Origin: Escherichia coli | Lineage (GTDB): Bacteria > Pseudomonadota > Gammaproteobacteria > Enterobacterales > Enterobacteriaceae | DNA length: 16,645 nucleotides | Direction: 5' to 3' (one strand) | Assembly (NCBI RefSeq): GCF_003334355.1 | Contig: NZ_QOWP01000049.1 | Part shown: piece after piece, positions 1-12,133 of the stretch | How positions within the stretch are numbered: position 1 is the first letter of the stretch | How the letters are laid out: each line of letters starts with the position of its first letter | Program-made: the position numbers and the translations under genes | The notes under the pieces: generated by a model | What the model saw: only the letters and a program-made list of their open reading frames with translations | Databases searched by the model: none | What the model was told of the DNA's origin: nothing

Positions 1-125
1 TGCAGTTGCCATGTTTTACGGCAGTGAGAGCAGAGATAGCGCTGATGTCCGGCAGTGCTTTTGCCGTTACGCACCACCCCGTCAGTAGCTGAACAGGAGG
101 GACAGCTGATAGAAACAGAAGCCAC
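1..125 (-). CDS. insA: IS1 InsA, N-terminal 41 codons (partial, runs off window start)
   Basis: Minus-strand translation from GTG at 125..123 gives [41 protein letters not shown], matching the IS1 InsA N-terminus from memory. Confidence 0.8.
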   Translation of the reverse strand, partial: MASVSISCPSCSATDGVVRNGKSTAGHQRYLCSHCRKTWQL

Positions 126-180
126 TGGAGCACCTCAAAAACACCATCATACACTAAATCAGTAAGTTGGCAGCATCACC
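1..180 (-). mobile_element. IS1 insertion sequence, partial (terminus at 180, remainder lies beyond window start)
   Basis: Reverse complement of 158-180 is GGTGATGCTGCCAACTTACTGAT, which I recognise as the IS1 terminal inverted repeat, followed by the insA 5' region. Host AT-rich sequence begins at 181. Confidence 0.85.
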
Positions 181-1188
181 CGATTTTCTTATGGGATTAC
201 CGGTGGGAATGTTTTTGTTAGTTGTCTTGTTTTTGTTTTTTTCTATTTCGCAATCTTAATGACAGTGTCAGCAGATATGCCGCTTGTTGACTGTGTTTTG
301 ACTTTGTCACTGTTGGTTTTGCTTATATTTATGGCAGCAAAAGGACTGCGTTATCAGGCCTTGATGACTAGTCTCAAAGGCGTAAGATTTAGTTTTAATT
401 GCTCTTTGAAAGGGTTCTGGTGGGTAACCTTTTTCTTGCCGATTTTAATGGCCATTGGGATGGGGACTGTTTTCTTTATCTCGACAAAGATGCTACATGC
501 CAATAGTTCAAGTAGTGTTATTATATCTGTGGTTCTGATGGCAATAGTTGGTATTGTTTCCATTGGTATTTTTAATGGTACTTTATATAGTCTGGTAATG
601 AGTTTTCTCTGGAGCAATACCAGTTTCGGTATACATCGTTTCAAGGTGAAATTAGATACTACGTATTGTATAAAATATGCCATTCTCGCATTTTTAGCTT
701 TATTACCTTTTCTCGCTGTTGCTGGTTATATTATCTTCGATCAAATATTAAATGCGTATGATAGTTCTGTGTATGCAAATGATGATATTGAGAATTTACA
801 GCAATTTATGGAAATGCAACGTAAAATGATAATCGCGCAGTTAATCTATTATTTTGGGATTGCTGTTAGCACCAGTTATTTAACGGTGTCGTTGCGAAAT
901 CATTTTATGAGCAACCTGTCACTGAATGATGGGCGTATTCGTTTTCGCTCAACTTTAACATACCACGGTATGCTTTATCGCATGTGTGCGTTGGTGGTGA
1001 TATCCGGGATTACGGGCGGTCTGGCTTATCCACTGCTGAAAATATGGATGATTGACTGGCAGGCAAAAAATACGTATTTGCTGGGCGATTTGGATGACCT
1101 TCCTTTAATCAATAAAGAAGAACAACCAGATAAAGGCTTCTTAGCCAGTATTTCACGGGGAATTATGCCTTCTTTACCATTTCTGTAA
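181..1188 (+). pseudogene. 3' portion of a multi-pass inner membrane protein gene (YjgN-like by position), 5' end severed by IS1
   Basis: Frame-1 reading frame is open from the IS1 junction at 181 to TAA at 1186-1188; first ATG is at 259 (309-aa ORF in track). Highly hydrophobic, visibly AT-rich. Convergent with valS, where K-12 carries yjgN (synteny from memory). No start codon or RBS at the junction. Confidence 0.6.
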
Positions 1189-1192
1189 GAGA

Positions 1193-1227
1193 TAAAAAAG
1201 GCCGGAGCATGCTCCGGCCTTCGTTTT
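1193..1227. terminator. Bidirectional intrinsic terminator between the membrane-protein gene and valS
   Basis: Perfect 20-nt palindrome GGCCGGAGCATGCTCCGGCC at 1200-1219, flanked by an A-run (1193-1199) and a T-rich tract (1220-1227), between two convergent stop codons. Confidence 0.7.
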
Positions 1228-1241
1228 CATCACGGTGTTGA

Positions 1242-4097
1242 TTACAGCGCGGCGATAACAGCCTGCTGTTCAATCAGCTTCGCTTTCGCTTCCGCATAGC
1301 CTTCCAGCTTCTCACGCTCTTTCGCGATGACCGCTTCCGGTGCGCGGGCGACAAAGCCTTCATTCGCCAGCTTGTTCTCGATGCGGCTGATTTCGCCTTC
1401 GATCTTCGCCACTTCTTTCGCCAGACGCGCCAGCTCATCTTCTTTGTTAATGAGGCCAGCCATCGGGATCAGCAGCTCTGCGCCGTCGATAATCTTCGTA
1501 ACGGAAACCGGACCTTTGTCATCGGCAGGCAGCACGGTGATGCTTTCCAGACGCGCCAGGGTTTGCAGGAAGCCACGGTTTTCATTTACGCGACGTTCTG
1601 CATCCGCGCTGCAACCACGCAGCAGCAGCTCCAGCGGTTTGCCCGGCGCGATGTTCATTTCTGCACGGATGTTACGTACCGCAACGATCGCCTGCTTCAG
1701 CCACTCGGTGTCGGCCAGCGCCGCTTCATCAACCTGAGATGCATCATACTGCGGGAACGGTTGCAGCATGATGGTGTCGGCAGTGATACCGCAAAGTACT
1801 TTCACACGCTGCCAGATGGTTTCGGTGATGAACGGAATGATCGGATGCGCGAGGCGCAGCAGACCTTCCAGTACAGTCACCAGCGTATGGCGAGTACCGC
1901 GCAGTTCTGCTTCGGTGCCACCGTTCATTACCGGCTTGGTCAGCTCGAGATACCAGTCACAGAACTGGTTCCAGGTGAACTCATACAGAATGCCTGCGGC
2001 GATATCGAAGCGGAAGCTGTCCAGCGCTTCGCGGTACGCTTTGATGGTCTGGTTGAACTCCGCCAGAATCCAGCGGTCCGCCAGCGACAGCGTCATTTCG
2101 CCGCCGTTGAAGCCGCAATCCTGACCTTCTGTGTTCATCAGCACAAAGCGGCTGGCGTTCCACAGCTTGTTACAGAAGTTACGGTAACCTTCCAGGCGCT
2201 TCATATCCCAGTTGATGTCACGACCGGTAGACGCCAGCGCCGCCAGGGTGAAGCGCAGGGCATCGGTACCGTGCGGCTCAATGCCGTTCGGGAACTGTTT
2301 CTCGGTGCGCTTACGGATTTTGTCCGCCAGCTGCGGCTGCATCATATTGCCGGTACGTTTTTCCAGCAGTTCTGGCAGCGAAATACCGTCAACCATATCC
2401 AGCGGGTCGATAACGTTACCCTTGGATTTGGACATCTTCTGGCCTTCGTCGTCACGAATCAGACCGGTCATGTAAACAGTGTGGAACGGCACCTGCGGTT
2501 TGCCATTTTCATCTTTGATGAAGTGCATGGTCATCATGATCATGCGGGCAATCCAGAAGAAGATGATGTCGAAACCAGATACCATCACGCTGGTTGGGTG
2601 GAACTGACGCAGGGCGTCGGTGTTTTCCGGCCAGCCAAGGGTAGAGAAGGTCCACAGCGCAGAAGAGAACCAGGTGTCGAGAACGTCTTCGTCCTGACGC
2701 AGGGCAACGTCGGCACCGAGGTTATTTTCCTTGCGCACTTCTTCTTCGTTGCGGCCAACATAAACATTACCCGCTTCGTCATACCATGCCGGGATACGGT
2801 GACCCCACCACAGCTGACGAGAGATACACCAGTCCTGAATATCGCGCATCCAGGAGAAATACATGTTTTCGTACTGCTTCGGTACGAACTGAATGTCGCC
2901 GTTCTCAACCGCTTCAACCGCCGGTTTCGCCAGTACATCGGCACGCACGTACCACTGGTCGGTCAGCATTGGTTCGATAACTACGCCGCCACGGTCGCCG
3001 TAAGGAACGGTCAGGTCGTGCGGTTTAATTTCTTCCAGCAGGCCGAGTGCGTCAACCGCAGCAACGACTGCTTTACGTGCGGCAAAACGCTCCAGTTTCT
3101 GGAATTCTGCCGGGATCTCGCTGGAATAAACGTCAGATTCGTTACCTTTGGTATCGAACACCTGGGCGCTTTCACGGATATCGCCGTCAAAGGTCAGGAT
3201 GTTGATCATCGGCAGGGCGTGACGTTTACCGACTTCATAGTCGTTAAAGTCGTGCGCCGGGGTGATCTTCACGCAGCCGGTGCCTTTTTCCATGTCGGCG
3301 TGTTCGTCGCCAACGATCGGAATACGACGGTTAACCAGCGGTAGAATGACATATTTGCCAATCAGGTCTTTGTAACGCGGATCTTCCGGGTTAACGGCTA
3401 CACCGGTATCGCCCAGCAGGGTTTCCGGACGGGTAGTCGCAACCACCAGGTAATCTTTACCGTCTGCGGTTTTCGCACCGTCAGCCAGCGGATAGCGGAT
3501 GTGCCACATCGAACCTTTCGATTCGCGGTTTTCCACTTCCAGGTCAGAGATAGCGGTGCGCAGTTTCGGGTCCCAGTTTACCAGGCGTTTGCCACGGTAA
3601 ATCAGGTCTTCTTTATACAGACGAACGAAAACTTCTTTCACCGCATTGGACAGGCCTTCGTCCATCGTGAAGCGTTCACGCTCCCAGTCCACGGAGTTGC
3701 CGAGACGGCGCATCTGACGGGTAATGGTGCCGCCGGATTCCGCTTTCCATTCCCAAATTTTGTCGATGAAAGCTTCGCGGCCGTAGTCGTGACGGGTTTT
3801 ACCTTCTTCTGCGGCAATCTTGCGCTCAACGACCATCTGGGTAGCGATCCCGGCGTGGTCAGTACCGACCTGCCACAGGGTGTTTTTGCCCTGCATGCGC
3901 TGATAGCGGATCATGGTATCCATGATGGTTTGCTGGAAGGCGTGACCCATATGCAAACTGCCGGTGACGTTCGGCGGCGGGATCATGATGCAGAAACTTT
4001 CCTGGCTTTCATCGCCATTAGGCTTAAAGTAGCCCTGCTTTTCCCAGTGCTCGTAAAGCGGCTGTTCGATATCTTGTGGGTTATATGTCTTTTCCAT
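1242..4097 (-). CDS. valS: Valine--tRNA ligase (valyl-tRNA synthetase), 951 aa
   Basis: Full-length ORF with class I aaRS HMGH and KMSKS motifs; N-terminus [24 protein letters not shown] matches E. coli ValS from memory. Confidence 0.97.
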
Positions 4098-4540
4098 TAT
4101 TTCCAGGTTGCCGTATTCAGGTTGAAACCAGCCACGCGGTAGGCTTTATAGCGTTCGCGCGCCAGTTGTTTCAGAGAATCTTCATAAGGAACGAAGTCTA
4201 CCACTTCTGTGAAAGCGGTGGCAAAATCTGCAAAGCTTGTTCGCAGACTAATCAATATATCGCGCGGGCTGCTGCTGCGTTTTTGCGGCCAGGCGATCTC
4301 CACCGGCGCACCGCCGCGCGGTCCTTCTCCCGCTAAATTATGCGGAACAAAGCTTTCTGCCGGACGCGCCCACAGGGCTTCATCCAGCCGGTAAGCCTGC
4401 TTTTCATCTTCACAGGCGATGAGCACGCGCTTACCGCTGCGCCAACGTTCTGCGGCAATTTCACACACCAGTTGCTCAACGGCGCTTAAGCCATCGACGG
4501 TGGTGTCATTGTCCAGAAGGTAGAACGTCGCGTTTTTCAT
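4097..4540 (-). CDS. holC: DNA polymerase III chi subunit, 147 aa
   Basis: 147-aa ORF immediately upstream of valS; its stop overlaps the valS ATG by 1 nt (TAATG). Sequence and position match E. coli HolC from memory. Confidence 0.92.
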
Positions 4541-4570
4541 AAATGGGGCTTCTTGTGGTGGATTTAAATA

Positions 4571-4894
<324 letters not shown>

Positions 4895-4895
4895 A

Positions 4896-6673
<1,778 letters not shown>

Positions 6674-7774
6674 GTGATAATCATAAGATATCTGGTGCGG
6701 GAGACGCTCAAAAGCCAGCTGGCGATACTCTTCATCTTGCTTTTGATCTTCTTCTGTCAAAAGTTAGTGAGGATCCTCGGCGCAGCGGTTGACGGCGATA
6801 TTCCGGCGAATCTGGTGCTCTCCCTTCTCGGGTTGGGCGTGCCGGAAATGGCGCAGCTTATCCTGCCATTAAGCCTGTTCCTCGGGCTGCTGATGACGCT
6901 GGGCAAACTGTATACCGAAAGTGAAATTACGGTAATGCATGCCTGCGGCCTGAGCAAAGCGGTTCTGGTGAAAGCGGCAATGATCCTTGCGGTATTCACG
7001 GCAATCGTCGCGGCGGTTAACGTGATGTGGGCGGGACCGTGGTCATCGCGTCATCAGGATGAAGTGTTAGCAGAAGCGAAAGCGAACCCTGGCATGGCGG
7101 CGCTGGCGCAAGGGCAATTCCAGCAAGCGACTAATGGCAGCTCGGTGCTGTTCATCGAAAGCGTTGACGGCAGCGATTTCAAAGATGTGTTCCTCGCACA
7201 AATTCGACCAAAAGGTAATGCACGTCCTTCTGTGGTGGTGGCCGATTCCGGACATTTAACCCAGCTGCGCGACGGCTCCCAGGTCGTCACTCTCAACCAG
7301 GGAACGCGCTTCGAAGGCACTGCACTGTTACGTGATTTCCGCATTACGGATTTCCAGGATTATCAGGCGATCATTGGTCACCAGGCGGTGGCGCTCGACC
7401 CGAACGATACCGACCAGATGGACATGCGCACATTGTGGAACACTGACACCGATCGTGCTCGCGCAGAACTGAACTGGCGTATCACGTTGGTATTCACCGT
7501 GTTTATGATGGCACTTATGGTCGTACCGCTGAGCGTGGTTAACCCACGTCAGGGACGCGTACTGTCGATGCTGCCAGCCATGCTGCTGTATCTACTTTTC
7601 TTCCTGATCCAGACCTCCCTGAAATCGAACGGCGGTAAAGGTAAGCTGGACCCGACGCTGTGGATGTGGACCGTTAACCTGATTTATCTGGCTTTGGCGA
7701 TTGTTCTCAACCTTTGGGACACCGTGCCGGTCCGCCGCCTGCGCGCCAGTTTTTCGCGTAAAGGAGCGGTGTGA
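6674..7774 (+). CDS. lptF: LPS export ABC transporter permease LptF, 366 aa (GTG start)
   Basis: Begins MIIIRYLVRETLKSQ from GTG at 6674; multi-TM protein; matches E. coli LptF (YjgP) from memory. Confidence 0.93.
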   Translation: MIIIRYLVRETLKSQLAILFILLLIFFCQKLVRILGAAVDGDIPANLVLSLLGLGVPEMAQLILPLSLFLGLLMTLGKLYTESEITVMHACGLSKAVLVKAAMILAVFTAIVAAVNVMWAGPWSSRHQDEVLAEAKANPGMAALAQGQFQQATNGSSVLFIESVDGSDFKDVFLAQIRPKGNARPSVVVADSGHLTQLRDGSQVVTLNQGTRFEGTALLRDFRITDFQDYQAIIGHQAVALDPNDTDQMDMRTLWNTDTDRARAELNWRITLVFTVFMMALMVVPLSVVNPRQGRVLSMLPAMLLYLLFFLIQTSLKSNGGKGKLDPTLWMWTVNLIYLALAIVLNLWDTVPVRRLRASFSRKGAV

Positions 7775-8856
7775 TGCAACCTTTTGGCGTACTTGACCGC
7801 TATATCGGTAAAACTATTTTCACCACCATCATGATGACGCTGTTCATGCTGGTGTCGCTGTCAGGCATTATCAAATTTGTCGATCAGTTGAAAAAAGCCG
7901 GGCAGGGGAGTTACGACGCGTTAGGCGCAGGAATGTATACCTTGCTGAGCGTGCCGAAAGATGTGCAAATATTCTTCCCGATGGCGGCTTTGCTTGGGGC
8001 GTTGCTTGGTCTTGGGATGCTGGCGCAGCGCAGCGAACTGGTGGTGATGCAGGCTTCTGGTTTCACCCGTATGCAGGTTGCGCTGTCGGTGATGAAAACC
8101 GCCATTCCGCTGGTCTTACTGACGATGGCGATTGGTGAATGGGTCGCGCCGCAGGGCGAGCAGATGGCGCGTAACTACCGTGCGCAGGCGATGTACGGCG
8201 GCTCGTTGCTCTCTACCCAGCAAGGCTTATGGGCGAAAGATGGCAACAACTTCGTCTACATTGAGCGGGTTAAAGGTGACGAAGAGTTAGGTGGCATCAG
8301 TATCTATGCCTTTAACGAGAATCGTCGTCTGCAATCCGTACGCTATGCCGCTACCGCGAAGTTTGACCCGGAACATAAAGTCTGGCGTCTGTCGCAGGTT
8401 GATGAATCTGATCTGACCAATCCGAAACAGATTACCGGTTCGCAGACGGTGAGCGGCACCTGGAAAACCAACCTCACGCCTGACAAACTGGGCGTGGTGG
8501 CGCTGGATCCGGATGCACTCTCTATCAGCGGTTTGCACAACTATGTGAAGTATCTGAAATCGAGCGGTCAGGATGCCGGACGTTATCAGCTCAACATGTG
8601 GAGCAAAATCTTCCAGCCGCTATCCGTGGCGGTGATGATGCTGATGGCGCTGTCGTTCATCTTTGGCCCACTGCGTAGCGTACCGATGGGTGTGCGTGTG
8701 GTCACCGGTATCAGCTTCGGTTTTGTCTTCTATGTACTGGACCAGATCTTCGGCCCGCTGACGTTGGTTTATGGCATCCCGCCGATCATCGGCGCACTGT
8801 TGCCAAGCGCCAGCTTCTTCTTAATCAGCCTGTGGCTGTTAATGAGAAAATCGTAA
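7774..8856 (+). CDS. lptG: LPS export ABC transporter permease LptG, 360 aa
   Basis: ATG at 7774 overlaps the lptF stop by 1 nt (TGATG); AAGGAG RBS at 7761-7766. The track ORF starts 3 nt earlier at GTG 7771; the ATG gives the expected 360 aa. Confidence 0.92.
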
Positions 8857-10518
8857 CCGAATGAACGAATAAAGGGAGCGAAAGCTCCCTTTATTATTGT
8901 TAGCAAAGTGTGCTTCGTTCATTCCTGAAAAATAATTAAAATCCAATATATTGCAGTGGTGTAGGCATGATAAGACGCGCCAGCGTCGCATCAGGCAAAG
9001 ACAAATCGCGCCTGACTTACCTTCTTCTTCCCCCAGCAAACTCCCCAACATCCCGCGTACAATCTGATTCGTCACCTGGCGGGCGGCGCTTTTCGCCATT
9101 GTTTGCACCACACCATCTTTCTTCCCGCCGCGTGGTCCGGTAGTGCCAAACAAAATATCCTTCAATCCACCAAGAATGCCGTCATCCACCGCCACCTCTT
9201 TCCCTTTCACGGCAGGATTATTTTGCTGCTCGGCGCTTGCCTGTACGCCTTTTTGCAACATCTCATAGGCGGATTCCCGGTCCACGTCATCCTCGTACTT
9301 GCCATACACCGGAGAGTGATTAATCAAGCCATTACGCTCATCTTCCGTCACCGGTCCCATCCGCGAACAAGGCGCAATCACCATCGCCCGTTCCACCACA
9401 GAAGGGCTTCCTTTCGCATCCAGAAAAGAGATCAACGCCTCGCCGGTGCCCAGTTCCTGAATCGCCTTTTCGGTATCAAATGCCGGATTGACCCGCATGG
9501 TTTGCGCCGCAGCTTTTACCGCTTTCTGATCTTTGGGCGTAAAAGTCCGCAAAGCGTGTTGAACGCGATTACCGAGCTGGCCGAGCACGTTATCCGGAAT
9601 ATCGGACGGATTTTGCGAAACGAACCAGACGCCCACGCCTTTTGAGCGAATAAGCCTTATCACCTGCTCAATCTTATCCAGCAGTACCTGCGGTGCATCG
9701 TTAAACAGCAGATGTGCCTCGTCGAAGAAAAACACCAGTTTTGGTTTCTCCAGATCGCCCGCTTCCGGCAATTGTTCATACAACTCCGAGAGCATCCACA
9801 ACAGGCTGGCGGCATACAGTTTCGGCATCTGATAAAGCTTCTCGGCGCTGAGGATATTGATAACGCCTTTACCGTTGGCATCGGTGCGCATCCAGTCTTT
9901 GATATCCAGCATCGGCTCACCAAAGAAGTGTGCTGCGCCTTGCTGTTCCAGCGACAACAGCCCGCGCTGGATGGCACCAACCGATGCGCTACTGATATTT
10001 CCGTACTGATTCTGGAAAGATTTGGCGTTATCGCCGATGTACTGGGTAATCGCCCGCAAATCTTTAAAGTCGAGCAGTAACAGCCCCTGATCGTCAGCAA
10101 TGCGGAAGATGATATTCAGCACGCCAGACTGCACATCGTTGAGATTCAACAGCCGCGCCAGCAACAGCGGCCCCAGATCCGAAACCGTCGCCCGCACCGG
10201 ATGGCCTTTCTCGCCAAAGATATCCCACACCACCACCGGATTGGCATGCGGTTGCCAGTCATTGACGCCGATATTTTTAAGCCTTGTGAGCAGTTTTTCC
10301 GACGCCGTTCCTGCCTGCGCGATACCGGTCAGATCGCCTTTCACATCAGCCATAAACACCGGCACGCCGATTTCCGACAATGACTCTGCCAGTTTTTGCA
10401 GCGTAACGGTTTTACCCGTCCCCGTTGCGCCAGTAATCAGCCCGTGACGGTTAGCCATTCCCGGCAGTAAAAACAGTTCTGTGTCCGGCGTGCGGGCAAT
10501 TAACAGGGGTTCGCTCAT
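8839..10518 (-). CDS. yjgR: YjgR-type P-loop ATPase; ORF in this sequence is 559 codons, about 59 longer than expected
   Basis: ATG at 10518 with GGAGG RBS; Walker A GATGTGKT near the N-terminus. The ORF continues through the REP element and the lptG terminator hairpin and overlaps lptG by 18 nt; the last ~59 codons are probably read-through. Confidence 0.85.
   Translation of the reverse strand: MSEPLLIARTPDTELFLLPGMANRHGLITGATGTGKTVTLQKLAESLSEIGVPVFMADVKGDLTGIAQAGTASEKLLTRLKNIGVNDWQPHANPVVVWDIFGEKGHPVRATVSDLGPLLLARLLNLNDVQSGVLNIIFRIADDQGLLLLDFKDLRAITQYIGDNAKSFQNQYGNISSASVGAIQRGLLSLEQQGAAHFFGEPMLDIKDWMRTDANGKGVINILSAEKLYQMPKLYAASLLWMLSELYEQLPEAGDLEKPKLVFFFDEAHLLFNDAPQVLLDKIEQVIRLIRSKGVGVWFVSQNPSDIPDNVLGQLGNRVQHALRTFTPKDQKAVKAAAQTMRVNPAFDTEKAIQELGTGEALISFLDAKGSPSVVERAMVIAPCSRMGPVTEDERNGLINHSPVYGKYEDDVDRESAYEMLQKGVQASAEQQNNPAVKGKEVAVDDGILGGLKDILFGTTGPRGGKKDGVVQTMAKSAARQVTNQIVRGMLGSLLGEEEGKSGAICLCLMRRWRVLSCLHHCNILDFNYFSGMNEAHFANNNKGSFRSLYSFIRLRFSH
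8871..8895. terminator. Intrinsic terminator hairpin downstream of lptG
   Basis: AAAGGGAGC-GAAA-GCTCCCTTT stem-loop at 8871-8892 followed by T-rich ATTATTGTT, 15 nt after the lptG stop. Confidence 0.55.
8961..8996. repeat. REP element
   Basis: GTAGGCATGATAAGACGCGCCAGCGTCGCATCAGGC is the reverse complement of the same REP consensus seen in the 4571-4894 array. Confidence 0.65.
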
Positions 10519-10617
10519 GAGATTTCCTCCAGTTTCCTGCCTGGAGTATAGGCAACGGCTGTGCACTCTTCACCGCTAAATTCAGCAGATTGCGAGACGC
10601 CTTCCAAAGAGATTTAA

Positions 10618-10644
10618 GTGCCGGGCGACAGGCACCCGGCAAAG
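10618..10644 (-). terminator. Candidate ahr terminator hairpin
   Basis: Inverted repeat TGCCGGG...CCCGGCA just downstream of the ahr stop on the minus strand, followed by a modest U-rich tract. Confidence 0.3.
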
Positions 10645-10647
10645 GGA

Positions 10648-11667
10648 TCAGAAGTCGGCTTTCAGGACCACGCGGTAGCGCGCTTTACCATCGCGTACAT
10701 GCTGGATGGCGTCGTTAATTTTCGACATCGGGAACAGTTCGGTGGTCGGCGCAACCTTGCTGCGGGCGGCAAAACGCATCAGCTTACGCAGCTCATAAGG
10801 CGTGCCGGTAGCAGAACCAGAGATGCTGCGGTCGCCCGCAATTAACGTAAAGGCCGGAACAGACAGCGGCGTGAGAACCGCACCGACCGTATGGAAATTA
10901 CCGCCATAGGTCAGCGCCTCAAAATAAGGCTGCCAGTCGAGGCTGACGTTCACAGTATTGATAATGAGATCAAACTGCCCCGACAGGGCTTTCAGTGCCT
11001 GCGGATCGCGGCTATTCACCACTTTATCGGCACCCATCGCCAGTACTTCCTGCTCTTTCGCCGGATTAGAACTAAAGGCCGTCACCTCGCATCCCATTGC
11101 GTGCAGAAGTTTTATAGCGATATGCCCCAGCCCGCCAATACCAATTACCCCAACGCGGCTGGTAGCAGTGATATGGTGCATCAACAGTGGTTTAAAGACC
11201 GTGATACCGCCGCACAACAGCGGCCCGGCGGACTCGATATCAATATTTTCTGGCAGTGGAATCACCCATTGCCAGTCCGCACGCAACTTCTCGGCAAAGC
11301 CACCGCGATTCATAATCGTCGGCACCGCACCTTGCTCGCAGTTGATCTGATTACCGCTAATACAGGCGTCGCAGTGACCACAGCTACGCGCCGTCCAGCC
11401 AATCCCGACACGCTGACCGACCTGCAAACCTTTATCCTGCGCGGCGCTCCCGAGTGCCACCACGCGCCCAATCACCTCATGCCCGGCAACCAGCGGATAT
11501 TGTGAAAATCCCCATTCGTTATCGATCATCGACAGATCGGAATGACAAATCCCGCAGTAATCCACCTGCACTTCAACATCTTGTGGCTTCAGCTCACCGG
11601 GATCGTACTCATAAACTTCCAGTTCGCCGCCCGCTTCTTTTGCGGCATAGCTTTTTATCATCGACAT
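10648..11667 (-). CDS. ahr: NADPH-dependent aldehyde reductase Ahr (YjgB), Zn-dependent alcohol dehydrogenase family, 339 aa
   Basis: ATG at 11667 ([14 protein letters not shown]) with GAAGGA RBS; zinc-ligand region GHEVIGRV and Rossmann [10 protein letters not shown] motif. The track ORF is 14 codons longer from an upstream ATG without RBS. Confidence 0.9.
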   Translation of the reverse strand: MSMIKSYAAKEAGGELEVYEYDPGELKPQDVEVQVDYCGICHSDLSMIDNEWGFSQYPLVAGHEVIGRVVALGSAAQDKGLQVGQRVGIGWTARSCGHCDACISGNQINCEQGAVPTIMNRGGFAEKLRADWQWVIPLPENIDIESAGPLLCGGITVFKPLLMHHITATSRVGVIGIGGLGHIAIKLLHAMGCEVTAFSSNPAKEQEVLAMGADKVVNSRDPQALKALSGQFDLIINTVNVSLDWQPYFEALTYGGNFHTVGAVLTPLSVPAFTLIAGDRSISGSATGTPYELRKLMRFAARSKVAPTTELFPMSKINDAIQHVRDGKARYRVVLKADF

Positions 11668-11805
11668 TTTTGGGTCCTTCTCTGGTGTTGTTTGGGAAGT
11701 GTAGAGCATGGCAGGGCGGGGTGCCTGGAGTGTGACAAAGGTTACATATCGCTGAGTGTAATGCTGAAAATTTCAGCACTTAGCGAGGTGGGTGCAAGCT
11801 GGCGC

Positions 11806-11833
11806 TTGCATGGTGGCGTGCGACAGGTATAAT
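11806..11833 (+). promoter_or_regulatory. Sigma70-type promoter for leuX
   Basis: TTGCAT (11806-11811), 16-bp spacer, TATAAT (11828-11833); predicted start about 22 nt before the mature tRNA 5' end. Confidence 0.6.
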
Positions 11834-11862
11834 CCACAACGTTTTCCGCATACCTCTTCAGT

Positions 11863-11947
11863 GCCGAAGTGGCGAAATCGGTAGACGCAGTTGATTCAAA
11901 ATCAACCGTAGAAATACGTGCCGGTTCGAGTCCGGCCTTCGGCACCA
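11863..11947 (+). tRNA. leuX: tRNA-Leu (anticodon CAA), 85 nt, type II tRNA with long variable arm, encoded CCA
   Basis: Acceptor stem GCCGAAG/CTTCGGC, anticodon loop TTCAAAA, T-loop GGTTCGAGTCC, 3' ACCA. Confidence 0.95.
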
Positions 11948-11960
11948 AAAGTATGTAAAT

Positions 11961-11984
11961 AGACCTCAACTGAGGTCTTTTTTT
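11961..11984 (+). terminator. Intrinsic terminator of leuX
   Basis: AGACCTCA-AC-TGAGGTCT hairpin immediately followed by a 7-T run. Confidence 0.75.
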
Positions 11985-12060
11985 ATGTCTGAAATCCAGT
12001 ATTTATCTACCTTTCCCGCTATATTAACTCTCTCAAGGTCAACCCATATCAACGTACATC

Positions 12061-12120
12061 TACCAACACATGTTGGTACAGATGATGGTATTTCCGGTTC
12101 GATAATGCTTGTACCAACAG
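12061..12120. promoter_or_regulatory. Repeated TACCAACA motifs upstream of the integrase gene (candidate operator or integrase/Xis binding sites)
   Basis: TACCAACA at 12061-12068, its reverse complement TGTTGGTA at 12071-12078 (palindrome with 2-bp spacer), and a third copy at 12112-12119, just 5' of the int RBS. Confidence 0.3.
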
Positions 12121-12133
12121 GGAGGGAATACGC

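Noticed and set aside
354-683. 109-aa minus-strand ORF
   Set aside because: Entirely inside and antisense to the membrane-protein reading frame; an AT-rich shadow ORF.
1563-3344. 593-aa plus-strand ORF, with further ORFs at 1327-1737, 1768-2124 and 2212-2475
   Set aside because: All lie antisense within valS. They are arginine/valine-rich shadow ORFs with no RBS or recognisable motif, typical of the reverse strand of a GC-rich highly expressed gene.
9103-10447. Several 100-180-aa ORFs (9103-9645, 9660-10100, 9712-10080, 10100-10447)
   Set aside because: All overlap yjgR on the opposite strand or out of frame; His/Arg/Cys-rich low-complexity translations typical of shadow ORFs.
10519-10566. 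N-terminal extension of yjgR to 10566, and of ahr to 11709
   Set aside because: In both cases an internal ATG with a strong RBS (10518 for yjgR, 11667 for ahr) gives the expected protein length; the extensions lack an RBS.
10891-11505. 204-aa and 130-aa plus-strand ORFs
   Set aside because: Antisense to ahr; no RBS and no motif.
11742-11969. 75-aa minus-strand ORF
   Set aside because: It spans the leuX tRNA gene and its promoter on the opposite strand; the tRNA explains this sequence.
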